Below are positions 26,554 to 40,416 of a DNA stretch of 64,000 bases, piece by piece. Under the pieces are notes generated by a model, which searched no databases, was not told the origin of the DNA, and saw only the letters and a list, made by a program, of their open reading frames with translations. This DNA is from Eledone cirrhosa (taxonomy: Eukaryota). Positions within the stretch are counted from its first letter, which is position 1. Every line of letters starts with the position of its first letter. Location: positions 338,520,001 to 338,584,000 of the forward strand of contig OZ024743.1 of assembly GCA_964016885.1 (NCBI GenBank), read 5' to 3'. The translations under genes and the position numbers were made by a program.

Positions 26554-29500
26554 TTTCTTTTTATTTGCCACCAGGGCATCAAAAAGTGGGACAAGTACAA
26601 TGGGGGGAGTTTACATGCAAATGCGTCCTCAATAAGGAGGAGGCAATAACAAGATATAAAAGTATAAAAATAAAATAAAATATAACAAAATAAATTTTAT
26701 AACAAAATCCTCAATAGGGAGGAGGCGCCTTGGGGGGTCGCACACAACCCCGAAAAAAAGTGTACAACCCTTCTCCTCAGGTGCACAGAGAGGGGGTGCT
26801 CCCTTGATTTTTCATCTTCCTCACCTATAGTCTGATGTAGAGTGAAGGCCCATTCACACGGGCCATTCTCGCCACTTTCACCCATCTTTCATAAAAACGG
26901 CTGGGGTGCAGCACCTCTCTCTCCATCCTGATCCTTCTTCCGAAATGATATCGGAAGAAACGGACCAGTTGTTGGCCAGAGAGAAAGGTGTCTGACCTCA
27001 CTCCTTTCAGACGCGTCCACCATACAAACTCTTTCGCCATGGTTATTATGCACAGAAACACCGCCTCTCCTTCGTTTTTGAAGAGGGGAGGCGGCTTGAT
27101 CGTTACAATAGACTCGGTGGTCAACCGGATCGGTCCCACCCTTGACAGCAGTTGTTCGACATAGCCCCACAGATCGGCAATGCCCGAGCAGTGTACCAAT
27201 GCGTGTGCAACGGTTTCCTCGTCGCACACGCATCTGGGACAGTAGCACTGCCAGGCCAGGGACCTCTGGAAGTTATCCATGGGTCCCGGGCTGAATGTCC
27301 TACCGAACAGGTTGTCCAGTTCGAATTCCTCCATGCCTAGGGCTTCTCCGAGGGCGTCGTCGCACCTGCTAACCACCAGCCCTCTATAGAATGACGAGGT
27401 GGATTCTCCACTGACAGCCGGGTCCGCCTGCCAGAGAGCCGTGAGCGCCTGGGCACACTCGGTGTGCCAGGCGCCCAGTTTTCTCGGTCTTTGCTTGGCC
27501 CAGGATTACAGCTCGGTGAGCGACACGAGTCTGGGAAAGGCTCGCCCCACAAACGGGGCCCACACCGGTTGACTGGTGAGGAATAACTGGAGGTGCCGTA
27601 GCCTTAATGCGTGTTTACGTATCATTAGCCACGGCATTCCCAGCCCTCCTTTCGAAGGGTGTTGACAGCAGATGGATCTCCTCACCATAGGAGCCCGCTT
27701 CTTCCAAAGGAATTGGAAGAGTGCGCGCTCCATTTTGGCGAGCGTTTCCCTTGGGCAAGGCACAACGGTCAGGCGGTAGTAGATGACGGACGCTATATAA
27801 GTGTTCGCTACCTCCGCCCGACCTTTCGGGGACAGTTTGCACTCGGCCCACTTCTGAGTCAGTGCAAACACCCTGTTCGTTACCTCACCCCAGTTCTTCT
27901 CCACCTGGAGGTCTGGTCCGAACCAGACACCGAGCAACTTCACCGGGCCCTCCGTCCAGCGCCCGACGACGCCATCGGAGGGCATCGATCTGCCCCTCCA
28001 CGTGCCGAGTTGCAGATCGATCGACTTGTCCCGGTTCAGCTTAGCCCCTGTAAACCTTTCGTACTCCTCCAGTAAGGTGCCGATCGCCCGATTTCCGAGG
28101 CCGTCGACACCATTACTGTTACGTCGTCGGCGTAGGCCGACACCGCTTTCCACAATCCCGGTTCCAACGGGATGCCCTGCAACAACTCCAGCTTCCGCAG
28201 CAGTGGCTCTAGAGTCAATACATACAGAAGGGAGGAGAGAGGGCACCCTTGTCGGATGGACAGCGCGATTTCAAACGGCTCCGAGATGTAGCCGTTCACC
28301 TTGACCCTAGAGCAGATGCGGCTGCTGTGCATGGCATTGATCCAGCCCCTGAAAACGGGTCCGAAGCCTGCCGCCGCTAGCACCGCATCCAGGTAACCAT
28401 GGTCGACCCTATCGAACGCCTTAGATTGATCCAAGTTGATCAGGGCCCCACCAAAGCCGGGTTCATTCCCAACACTCTCTATGATGTATCGCATGAGGTG
28501 GAGGTTGTCGTGGATGGACCTGGACGGGATAGCACATGTCTGCGCATCTCCCACCAGGTTGCCCACGACGAGCGCCAACCTCTTTGCGAGCACCTTGGCC
28601 AGAATCTGTAACTCTGTATTTAGCAGAGTTATGGGCCTGAAATTATTTATATCGACCCCCTTGTTTTCGTCCTTCCTCACTAGCGTGACTACGCCCTTGG
28701 TCACAGAACAGGGAATTCTCCCGTTCTGTTGCCAGTTGCAGTAGACCGCCTCGAGGAAATCGGGGAACAAGTCCGGCATAGCTAGATATAGTTCGTATGG
28801 AAGACCATCGAGACCCGGGGATTTGCGTTTGCCGCATTGTCTCAGGACGTCCTCTACCTCAGCGGCTCAAATCGGCTCCTCGCAGGACTTCGCCTCCCTG
28901 TCCGAGAGACGCGGCAAGCCGTTGAGGTATGGACCGAAGTCCACATCCCCAACCGGTTCCCCGCCCCTTCCGAACAATCTGGCAAAGTGCTTTTGAAAAG
29001 CCTCGCACATCTGCTTAGGTTCAAGGATCACCCGTCCATCCTGGTCTCGCAAAGACCGGATAGTGGATCTACTCCCTCTTTGCTTCTGTCACGCGGGCCC
29101 AGCTAACAGCTTTGGTCCCCTCGTTTCCCAGAGCACGTATTTTGCTTCGGACGATGCAGCCTTCGTGTTTCGCGTCGAAGAACTGGCCCAGGGCCGTTCT
29201 CGACGCTAGCACTCTGGCCACGTCGCCGCTTCTAATTGCCTCTTCTACACTATCTACCAACTCCCTTTCCTTCCTATTTCTATTTGAGGCTAACTCCTTA
29301 CTAAATTCTATAGAGACTACTCTTATCTCTCTTTTGAGAGATCCACACCACCTGCTGTTGACGATGGCGCCCGTCAATCGCTCCTTAACTAAAGTGCTAA
29401 TCCGATCCCTGTAAGCCCTACTTGCCGGTAAGGACAAGTTGAGCTTCCAGTAACCGGGTCCCTGTCTATGAGTTCTGTCAAGGTTGACCATGCAGCTCAC

Positions 29501-30116
29501 TAACTTGTGGTCTGAATAGCCAACCATGCTCATTTTTGGACAACTTAAAAAGTCCTTATCCTTATTTCTAACTAAGAACCTATCTAGGTACGACCTAGAT
29601 GATCCGCTGAGATTTGCCCATGTCCAGGTTGGTGCAGTCGGAAAATCTAGTCGATATCTATCGGCCAGGTCAAATCGAGCAATTAACCCTTTGAGGCTAT
29701 TACACCCCTCTCTATCGGGACAGGCCCCTACGTAGTCCCAACGTGCATCTAGGATACCATTCCAGTCCCCCACTAATAGCAAGGAGCGGGAAGTCCCTAG
29801 AAAAGTCTCCAGACGATGGAAGAAGTCCGGCCGCATTGACCCGAAAGGGCCGTAGGCGGCTACCAACCTAAACGCTCCGCCTTCACCACTAGTCGACCCT
29901 CAGGGTCCAAATGTACCGTCTGTGTTGCGAGACCCAGATGTTTTTGCAGCAGAACGACAACCCCACCCCCACCTTCGGGCTGACAGAGAGATGCGTGCAT
30001 CTCAAAGTCATCAAAGGTGGGGGCCTGCTGTCGCACGTTGCTGATCCGGGCCTCTTAAATAACCATCACATCTATACATTGTAACCTGAGGTCATTTAGA
30101 AGCATTGCTTGCTTCC

Positions 30117-30117
<1 letters not shown>
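26551..30117 (-). mobile_element. Tx1-type copy D (5'-truncated just inside ORF2)
   Basis: (TATC)n at both ends; APE and RT motifs with several frameshifts. Confidence 0.93.
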
Positions 30118-30204
<87 letters not shown>

Positions 30205-30802
30205 TTCTTTATTTACCATAAAGGCATAAAAAGAAGGGACAAATACAAAGTGGGAGTTTACATACAATCGAGTAAAAAGGGTGTAACATGAAAATAATCG
30301 AAAATAACCTCAAAAGGGAGGGGACGTGATGGGGGTTGCACACACACCCGAAAAAGTGTGCAATCCTTTGCCCGGGGAGCACATGGAGAAGGTGCTCCCC
30401 TCTCCTTTACTTTTTTACCTACAGAATGGTATACAGAGAAGGCCCATTTACACGAGCCATTATCACCCACCTTTCATAAAACTGCCTGTGGCCAAGCACC
30501 TCTCTCTCCATTCTTATCCTTCTTCCGAAGTGATATCGGAAGAAGTAGACCAGACTATGGCCAGAGAGGAAGTTGCCTGACCTCAGACCTTTCAATCGTG
30601 TCCACCAAACAACCTCTTTCAACATGGCTATTACGCACAGAAAAACCGCTTTTGCTTCCTTTGTGAAGAGGGGAGGCGGTTTGATTGTCATCACGGACTC
30701 GGCGGTCAATTGAATCGACGCCACCCGCGACAGCAGTCGTTCGGCGTAGCCCCACAGATCAGCCACGCCGGGACATTGCACCAATGCGTGCGCAACGGTT
30801 GT
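30205..30802 (-). mobile_element. Tx1-type copy E (short 3' fragment)
   Basis: ..VAHALVQC..GRRIRMEREVL..; (TATC)n at both ends (30117-30204, 30803-30864). Confidence 0.92.
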
Positions 30803-30962
<160 letters not shown>

Positions 30963-30967
30963 TATAT

Positions 30968-31162
30968 ATAGGAACGAGTAGGACCCCGACGGCTAAGCTC
31001 AAGCCGTTTCGACGGCTAACTCTGGTCCAGAGTTAGCCGTCGAAACGGCTTGAGCTCAGCCGTCGGGGTCCTACTCGTTCCTATTACCCACTCTACTACC
31101 CTAAGTATTGAGTACTTTGGTGCGTTATGGTCCACCTGGTTCCTTACCACATTTCCTTCGTT
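30968..31162 (+). mobile_element. Short palindromic element containing the 3' half of a hammerhead, copy 1
   Basis: 117-bp palindrome centred at 31026 plus ~78-bp tail; in (TA)n; homologous to 48120 and 55360 copies. Confidence 0.85.
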
Positions 31163-31184
31163 ATATATATATATATACTCGTTC

Positions 31185-31219
<35 letters not shown>

Positions 31220-31324
31220 TAAAAGAGAAAACACAGTTAAGTATTAAAAAAAGGATTTTATCCAGGTATTTACGACCGTTTCATTAACCACGAACTGGAT
31301 TACAATAAGCAATTTTCTGCTTCC

Positions 31325-31426
<102 letters not shown>

Positions 31427-31734
31427 ATATACTGTTATACTTGGGGAGGGTTATACTGTTGTAATAATATTGCCAGAAATAATGTGTGTATGCACTCTTC
31501 ACATTTTTCAGTTTGCAAGTCGAAACATACAGACAGATTGTCCGGCGATTGTTGTAACGAAGGAGGAGGAGGATGTTGTTGATGATGGTGATGATGATGA
31601 CGTGGATGGTGATAATGATGATGATAATTGTGATGATAAGGATGATGAGGATTAGGGTGATGATAATTATGGTGAACTGTGGTAAAAGCAGCGAGATAAT
31701 GGCAATAAGGGTGGTGACGTGCAGCAATGGGGTG

Positions 31735-31943
31735 AAGAAGAAGAAGAAGAAGAAGAAGACGAAGAAGAAGAAGAAGAAGAAGAAGAAGAAGAAGAAGAAG
31801 AAGAAGAAGAAGAAGAAGAAGAAGAAGAAGAAGAAGAAGAAGAAGAAGAAGAAGAAGAAGAAGACGAAGACGAAGAAGAAGAAGAAGAAGAAGAAGAAGA
31901 AGAAGAAGAAGAAGAAGAAGAAGAAGAAGAAGAAGAAGAAGAA
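31735..31943. repeat. (GAA)n microsatellite
   Basis: Direct. Confidence 0.97.
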
Positions 31944-32210
31944 ATGAAATATCCGCTAAATAAATTGTGGCAGATGTTCTACACGAACATACGTACATAC
32001 ACACACACACACACATACACATGACGTCAACTACAGTCACTTCCGTATATGGGACCATTCAGTCTTTCCTACAAAAAAATCCCTCCTACAACTTAACCAT
32101 TAATAGATACTCCCTCTACAACTTAACTATTAATAAATACTCCCCCACCCCCTCTACAACTTAACCATTAATACATATTTCTTCCAGGGAATGAGATAGA
32201 TAAATAGATA

Positions 32211-35200
32211 TATTTCTTTATTTGGCACAAGGGCGCACAAGAAAAGGTGACAATACAAAGACATGCCGGGGATTTTACATACAGTCGTGTAAAAAATATA
32301 AAAACAAACAATTACAACAATCGAAATCCCCAATAGGGGGGATGCGCGACAAATGGGTTGTTTAATACCCCGTCGATAGAACAACCCTCAAATGCAGGAG
32401 CGTGTTGTGCAAGTGCTCCTTTCTTCATTTTGCTCTCTTCTTCAACCTACAGGCTTATAAACAGAGAAGGCCCAATCATTTTCGTTTCATTCACCCACCT
32501 TTCAGTAAATTTACTGGGGTGCAGTGCCTCTCTCTCCACTCTGATTCTCCTTCTAAAGTGATACTTAAAGAAGGGAATCAATTGTTGTCCGGAGAGAAAG
32601 GCATCTGTCCTCAGTCCTCTCAATCTCGTCCACCATATAACTTCTTTCACCATAGCCACTGTACAGAGGAAAACCGCCTCTCTTTCGTTTTTGAAAGAGG
32701 CTGGCAGTTTGATACTTACTATGGACTCGGCAGTCAACTGGATTTGTCCCATACGCGACAGCAGTTGTTGTGCATAGTTTCACAGGTCGGTTACGCCCGG
32801 GAAGTGTACAATTGCGTGCAGGACTGTTTCAATGTCCTGCGCGCATCTTGGACACGTCCTTGTCACGAACCGGTAGAGCTCCTCAGTAGCACTGCCAGGC
32901 CAGGGACCTCTGGAAGTTGTCCATAGGTCCCGGGCGGAAAGTCCTACCAAACAGACTGGTGAGCTCATCGTCTTCGACGCCAAGAGTCTCTCCGAGCACG
33001 TCGTCGCCCTTGTAATGTACAGTCCCTCTATAGAATGTCGAAGTGGAGTCTCCACTGATTGCTGCGCCCGCTTGCCAGAGGACTGTGAGCGCCTGAGCGC
33101 ATTCAATGTGCCAGGCGCCCATCGTTTTCGGTCTTTTCTTCACCCAGGACTGCAGCTCCGTCAGCGAGACAAGCTGTGGGAAAGCCTGTCTCACAAACGG
33201 TGCCCACACCGGTTGGGGGTCGGTGAGGAATACCTGGAGATGCTGCAGCCTCAGCGCATGTTTGCGCATCATCAGCCATGGCATTCCCAGCCCTCCGTTG
33301 GAAGGGTGCTGAAAGCAGACGGATCTCCTCACCAGCGGAGCCTGCTTTCTCCACAGAAACTGGAAGAGCATGCGTTCCATCTTGGCGAGGTGTTCACGGG
33401 GACAAGGCACGACAGTCAAGCGGTAGTAGATGACGGACGCTATGAAATGTTCGCCACCTCCGCTCGACCTTTCAAGGACAGTTTGCACTCTGCCCACTTC
33501 TGGGTGAGTGCAAACATCTTGGCCGTGACCTCATTCCAGTTTTTCTCCACCTGGAGATCTGGATCGAACCAAACCCCGAGCAATTTCACCAGTCCGTCCG
33601 TCCAGCGTCCAACGACGCTGTCGTACGTCATCGGTTTGCCTCTCCACGTACCGAGTTGCAAACCGACAGACTTGTCCGGGTTTAGTTTTGCTCCCGTCAG
33701 CGTTTCGTATTCTTTCAGTAAGTTGCCGATCACCCCGATTTCCGAGGTGTTCGACACCATTACCGTCACGTCGTCGGCATAAGCCGACGCCGCTTTGCGC
33801 AGTCCCGGTTCTAGAAGGATGCCCTGCAACAGCTCCAATTTCCGCAGTAGTGGCTCTAGAGTCAATATATACAGAATGGAGGAGAGAGGGTACCCCTGTC
33901 GAATGGAACGAGTGATTGCGAACGGCTCCGATAGGTAGCCGTTCACCTTGACCCTCGAGCAGATGGTGATGTGCATCGCCTCGATCCAGCCTCTGAACAC
34001 GGGACCGAAACCGGCCGCCTTGAGAACCGCTTCCAAGTATCGATGGTCGACCCTATCGAATGCCTTAGACTGATCCAAATTGATCAGAGCCCCACCGAAG
34101 CCGGGTTTACTACCCACCCTCTCTATGATGTATCGTATGAGGTGGAGGTTGTCGTGTATGGACCTGGTCGGGATTGCACACGTTTGCGCTTTCCCTACCA
34201 GGTTCTCAACGACAAGCGCCAACCTCGTCTCTAGCACCTTGGCCAAAATCTTTAACTCTGTGTTGAGCAGAGTTATGGGCCTGAAGTTGCTAATTTCGTC
34301 CCCCTTGTTCTCGTCTTTCCTGATCAGCGTTACTACGCCCTTGCCCGCAGAACTGGGAATTCTCCCGTTCTGCTGCCAATTGCAGTAGACGGCTTCGAGG
34401 ACGCCAGAGAACAAGTCCAGCATGCCTATGTAAAACTCATAGGGCTGTGTTCTTCAGGGGTGTTGTCTCTGTTTTTTCTGTTGTTGTTGGTTGAGTGTCT
34501 GTTTGTTTTGGTGTGGTTGTTCGTTTCGTCTGTCGTTGTACTTGTGGTGGTGGTGGTAGTTGTTTTGGTGTTGGTGTTGGTAATAGTGTTTTTTTAATGA
34601 TGTTGTTGTTGTGCGTTTGTGAAGGACAAGAGGCTTTTAGGTGTGCTGTGCTACCACATCGAAAGCAAGGAAATTTTCGTCCTTCTACCGAAATGTTTAT
34701 TTTGTTGTTATCATCGATGACGACTCTTTCGGGTATTTTGGAGATTCTCTCCGGCCTCATTTGCAACAGAATCTCCAAATCAGTACCCGCCCACCTTTGT
34801 CGAATAGACTTTCGTATCGAAAGAATCATATCAGTTTCTGGCTCTACGAAGCCAGCCAAGATCCACCAGATGTTAATGTTTGGGGTAATATTTATTTTTT
34901 TTATTTATTTGTGTCCTTTTTCCCATGTATGTAGGGAAAAGGGTGAATCCTTTTGACACCATTTGTGTCACAGAATATTTTTGGGCGAGTGCCTCGCTTT
35001 TAAACAGTACGGAAACACTTCCGTACTGTTTTCCTCGTTAGAGAAAATCGATATTTGCTAGAATTTCCTTGAAAGTATTCTATATCTGCTTGCCTAACAA
35101 ATATTGTCTTTCTCGTGGAATTGGACACAGTCCTAAAGGTGACTGATCTTCGAACTGTGTCTTCCTTTATTTCAAGGGGTAAATTAATTCTAAATCCACA

Positions 35201-35834
35201 TTTCTCTTCGAAAGTTATAAATTTTCTCCCTTTGTGGAGCATATCTCTTGCATTGGAGATTTTTTATGTGGTGTTGCTGTTGTTGTTGTTGTTATTATCG
35301 TTGTTAGCCTCGGTGTTGGAAATCTCAGTTCCTTGACGAGGTGAAACATTATGTGTAGATGTATCTGTGGGGTTGTTGATGTCTTTTTCATGTGTATGTA
35401 TGTTAATAGGTTTAATTTCTCTGTTTTCATGTGAGTTAGTGTTATTTTTCTCCGCTTCGACGGTAGAAATTGTACAATTTTCGAGTGGTAACATTTTTTC
35501 CTCTTTGTTGACAGTCGTATCTATGGCGACGTCCATAGTAGCAGAAGCAGATATAACGTTAATATCTGCTTCTTTACCTCTCTTTTCTCTGTCGACGTTC
35601 TCCAGCGTTCCCTTCGTGTTATTTATGTTTTATAGTTTGCAAAATTTGATATTTTAAAACAATTTTTAAATTAAATTTTCGCTCCTAAAGGGGCGAAAAA
35701 TGGGATTACCACCCAGCTGACAATTCAGCTTGGGGGTTAATCTACAAAATAATATGTTTTTTTCAAACAATTTGTTCTGTTTTTCGCATATAAATTTACA
35801 AAAAATCTTACCGGCGATGTTCCACGCGTCAGGC
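32211..35834 (-). mobile_element. Tx1-type copy F (both ends present; ORF1 tail, APE and RT N-terminus deleted)
   Basis: ORF1 knuckle CFRCGSTAHLKASC fused at ~34440 to RT region with AYADD; TATC-type repeats at both ends. Confidence 0.9.
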
Positions 35835-35934
35835 AGAAAGAGAGATAGATAGATAGATAGATAGAGATAGATAGATAGATACATAGATAGAGAGAGAGGG
35901 GGAGAGAAACATATAAAGGAAGAATCTACCTCCA

Positions 35935-36070
35935 ATACTGGACTGATACTATATTTTATCGATCTCCAAAAAGTTGAAGGTTGACTTCGGCGGGATTTGA
36001 ACTCAGAACGTAAAGAACCAGAACAGTTACTGTTGAGCCTATGTCTGACGCTCTATCGACTCTGCCAACG
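35935..36070 (-). mobile_element. SINE copy
   Basis: ttttatcga..ggcgggatttgaactcagaacg..gactctgccaa. Confidence 0.65.
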
Positions 36071-37950
36071 GAAAGAATGAAAGAGTTCTGGCGTGAAAAA
36101 ATGCCCGATCTTTTCAAAGTTCACTGCGAACCACGAAGCAACTGCCCTAGCAAGCTATGTTAGTTGAGAAGAAATATGGTAATCTATCCAGCAAACTTAA
36201 CTACCAAAAATACACTATAAATAAATGTATCAGTATCTCAATAGATTCTTCCCACAAGAAAATTGTGAAAAACCTGAAACATAACCGAAACTAAAACTAA
36301 AACAATAACGATAAGACACAACTGCTGCTCCCATTACACGAACATTTAGGAGATGCTTATAATGATAGTGAAACGAATGAAGAATACAAGCAACTCCAAA
36401 CATAACTTATGCCGGGGTCGCGAGGCCGCCAGCACGTGGACCCCGAGAAATGGGGAGAGCGGGAAAGATGGAGGCAGTGACAGTGAGAGTTTGGTTCTTT
36501 TGTGTTCGGAGCTGGTGTATGTTTCACGGACACACACTCATGGATCTGTTTCCCAATTTCCCTCCTTGTTTTTTTCATTATTTAATTTTGTTTTTATCTT
36601 TTTTTAATATTTCCATGATTGTGTAATTTCTGTTTGCAACTTATGTCAACATTTAAGTAAAGCTTCACTATTTACAGAAACAAGACACTATACGTGAGAA
36701 TGATTTCGGCACGACGCGATAAAAAATAAAATACCCAATTTGATGTTATCTGTGATTAATTAAATTTGTTAGAGAACACATAGCACAAGTTGAAGCTCCT
36801 AGCTTTTGGCCATTTGGTGTTCTACTATCGTGTTGTGTTTCAGTAACTACTCGCTATCAGATGGTATTAAGAGAGATCGAACCAACGTGTAATAGAGAAC
36901 CAATATATATTGAATCTCTCTTAAAAAGAAAAACAAAAAACAAAAAAAAAACAAAAAATAACCCCAACAAACCCAGGAAAAATATTGGATAACTAGATAT
37001 GATCAGATTCAATGTAGAAAATATTAGCCACACCATCAGTGGCTGATCAAATATATCCGCAAGGTATTATCTTATCATGCGACACATGTCTGGGTTGAGC
37101 CGGCTCCATCGAAGGGATTCACGGTGTAAGTTCATTTCAATGGAGTTTCTTCTGGCGATTGGTTTCACAAGTGGTGTCCAGCTGCAAATATATGTACTTT
37201 AGGATAGTGCAATCCAAGCATTGCATCGGTTATAGTGCAGAGCTCTCGCTTTCACATCCAACCCAATTTGGTGGAGCAGTGCCACGATGGGGGCGCATGT
37301 GGGTGGGGGTGGGGGGGAGTTTGGTCGGCAGAGATGATAAAAACAACTTATTTGAGCCGTTTTGTAGGCCAGCAAGAGCTCACCCCACTGCCCAGTTCAG
37401 GCACACCAACCTACGGCACCACAGCTTAAGCGCAAAAGCTATTTACAATTCTATCTCTATCCACAGATTATTAATGATTCTGGCAGTCATACCAAAAGCT
37501 CAACAGAACCAGAATGTTACTACACCTTTAAAATCAAGGAACAAGTACGGATCATGTGTACCTACTATCACAGATACAGTGGGCTAGGTGATAACTAATT
37601 TACTTACGAGCCTCGTATAGACTTGGATATTCCAAATCTAATCGATTAGTAGTACAGCCAAAGTTTACAAGCCATTCCAAAGATCCTCTGTTTAAGTTTC
37701 ATGGAATGACCATATGCAAACATGTCTCATGCATGCATATAGTATATACTAACATGTTTGGCGAGTAATTTCGCATACACACACACTCGCGTATTAAAGT
37801 ATTTATTCAGTCATAACACGAATGCGATACATATACCTACATGTATGTATGTATGTATGTATGTATGTATGTATGTATGTATGTATGTATGTATGTATGT
37901 ATGTATGTATGTATGTATGTATGTATGTATGTATGTATGTATGTATGTAT

Positions 37951-38560
37951 GTCAGGTCACCACTTGGTGCTACTGGTAACATGTATCCCAGTACAACCTG
38001 TCTCATGATCGGGTCGTTGGCGACTAAACTGGCAACCCCACCAAGGTTTCTTGGTGAGGAGGGTGACTTTGGACATCCTGCAGTACTAAAAACAAAACCT
38101 GTCAAAGGGCAAAGGAGCTCTTAAGAGTCAATGGCCATCCAAAATCACCGGGAGAGATGACCCCTTAGCCTTTGTCAAGGCAGAATTCTAGGAGAAGGAA
38201 AACTCTGATATAACACCTGCAACCCTGATGGTATCCAATGATGTTGACTTGTTCTTCTTTTTGGTAAATATCATCTTGGTTAAGAGAGTGCGACTGGCTT
38301 TGTGCAGTGCCTTTGCTCACTATAAAAGCTTCACGGCACAGGCATTGCTTTATATCTGGAGATCTCTCTGCACTTGTCGTCACATGGTACCATGGGCCCA
38401 GCACTATGTATCAATAATTGTCACAAGTGTAGTGTTTGTACCAGAGTTTTCAAGTCGCTGGCTGGACTAAAAGGTCACACTCGTTCAGCGTATCGGTAGG
38501 GGTTCTCCTACATGGATATGAAGTAGTGGCCGTACTCGAAAACGAGTTGGCAACCACCAT
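37951..38560 (+). mobile_element. Non-coding RTE-related element, ATGT-flanked
   Basis: Near-identical to 1463-2072. Confidence 0.75.
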
Positions 38561-38570
38561 GTATGTATGT

Positions 38571-39466
38571 TCTTCTGGTTTTATAATTTCACAAAGTTTT
38601 ACCAATAGAGAGAGAGAGTCGGTTTCTAACATAGACACAAGACTCTCTCATTGGAATTTACACAACGTCAACTAGGTAGATATGTATGTATGCATGCATG
38701 TGTAGATATGGATGTTATTGTACGTGTGGATGTGGATGTTTTGAGTTGTATGTGTGCATGTGTATATGCTTAGTATCTGTACATGTGTATATGCAGTTAT
38801 TAGATGCAAACTTTTCGGAATGTTTTACATCATTTTACTGTTCCATTAATGGATTGTACTTGTAATTTCCTAACTAGTTGTGTTCTTTCTGTTCCTGTGA
38901 AGCCTAGCTTCTCAAGATTTGCATTGAGGCAGTTACTAACATATCCCAGTGCCCCAATAATCACAGGTATAAATCTGAAAGTGTAATCAGGGTGGAGTAT
39001 CTGCAGATTTCTCATCAGTTCTGCATAAATATTCTCCTTTTCACTAATCTTTGATATTATATTGGCATCTGTTGGGCAGCTAATTTCCACTACTGTGCAT
39101 GCTTTCTTCTCCCTGTCCCATATCATAATATCTGGTCTGTTATGCCTGCATTTTATTGGGATTTTTACTGGAACATTCCACCAGTACTCTTTCATATTAT
39201 GAACATGGATGTCTTCCACATTGCTGTAGCTTTTAATGTGTTTATTATCGGGGCTATCTTTTTTACGAACTGCATTGTACAGTGTTTTGACCACTACATC
39301 ATACCTCATAGGTAGATAGTACCGCGATGACATCTTTGGACAGCTGCTGATGACATGGGTGATATCCTCGATGTTAGTTCTGCAGAGTCTGCACTTGTTA
39401 TCACATCTAGGTGTTTTTCCTGCTTCCTATCTCTCTTGTGAATCAGGTATTTCGTGTTAATCTCCT
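38571..39466 (-). mobile_element. 5'-truncated R4/Dong-like non-LTR retrotransposon (CCHC plus restriction-like endonuclease)
   Basis: CRLCRTNIEDITHVISSC..HNRPDIMIWD..VEISCP..EKENIY..IPVIIGALG; (CATA)n at both junctions. Confidence 0.85.
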
Positions 39467-39477
39467 GTATGTATGTA

Positions 39478-39728
39478 GGCAACTCAGGAAACTGGGATAA
39501 TTCCGATATAAAACCTTCGACTCAGTAGTTACCGATGAAGTCGATCTTTTCTTCTTTTGGGGTTATAGCTACTGTCGCTCAGAGAGTGGGATTGGCTCAG
39601 TGCACAGTCTTTCCTCACTTTAAAAAATATATTCACGCACAGGCATTGCACGATAGAATTAATTAATAATTATTAATAATGGTATATTGTGCAATGGCCA
39701 TACTCGATAACGAGGAGGCAGCCATCAT
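39478..39728 (+). mobile_element. 5'-truncated non-coding RTE-related element
   Basis: Matches 455-707; ATGT repeats on both sides. Confidence 0.65.
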
Positions 39729-40058
39729 ATATGTATGTATGTATGTATTGACCCTTAACTCCTGATGGAGTCATAGGGATGCCTTAGTGACATACAGCAT
39801 CTTGGGCACTTACCGTCCCTAGGTCTGAAGAGAATACATACATACATATATACACATACACATACATACATTCATTCATACATATATACGTACATACATA
39901 CATACATTCATTCATACATATATTCATACATACATACATACATGCATACATACATACGTACATACGTACATACATACATACATTCGTACATTCGTACATA
40001 CATACATACATACATTCGTATATACATACATACATACATACATACACATATACATACA

Positions 40059-40092
<34 letters not shown>

Positions 40093-40311
40093 CATACATA
40101 CATACATACATACATACATACATACCATCTTATACTGAAAATCAACACACTGGCGCAAACAAAAACATTCCAGGCTAAATGAAACACGCATACTTAAACA
40201 CACACGCACACACACACACACACACACGCACACACACCCACGCACACACACAACACACACACACACAACACACACACATACACACACGCATACATCACGC
40301 GCACACACACA

Positions 40312-40416
<105 letters not shown>

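Noticed and set aside
31435-32058. Poly-Leu/Glu/Lys ORFs
   Set aside because: Translations of (GAA)n and (GAT)n microsatellites.
36340-36680. GC-richer island as a host exon or solo LTR
   Set aside because: No recognisable protein, termini or second copy in the window.
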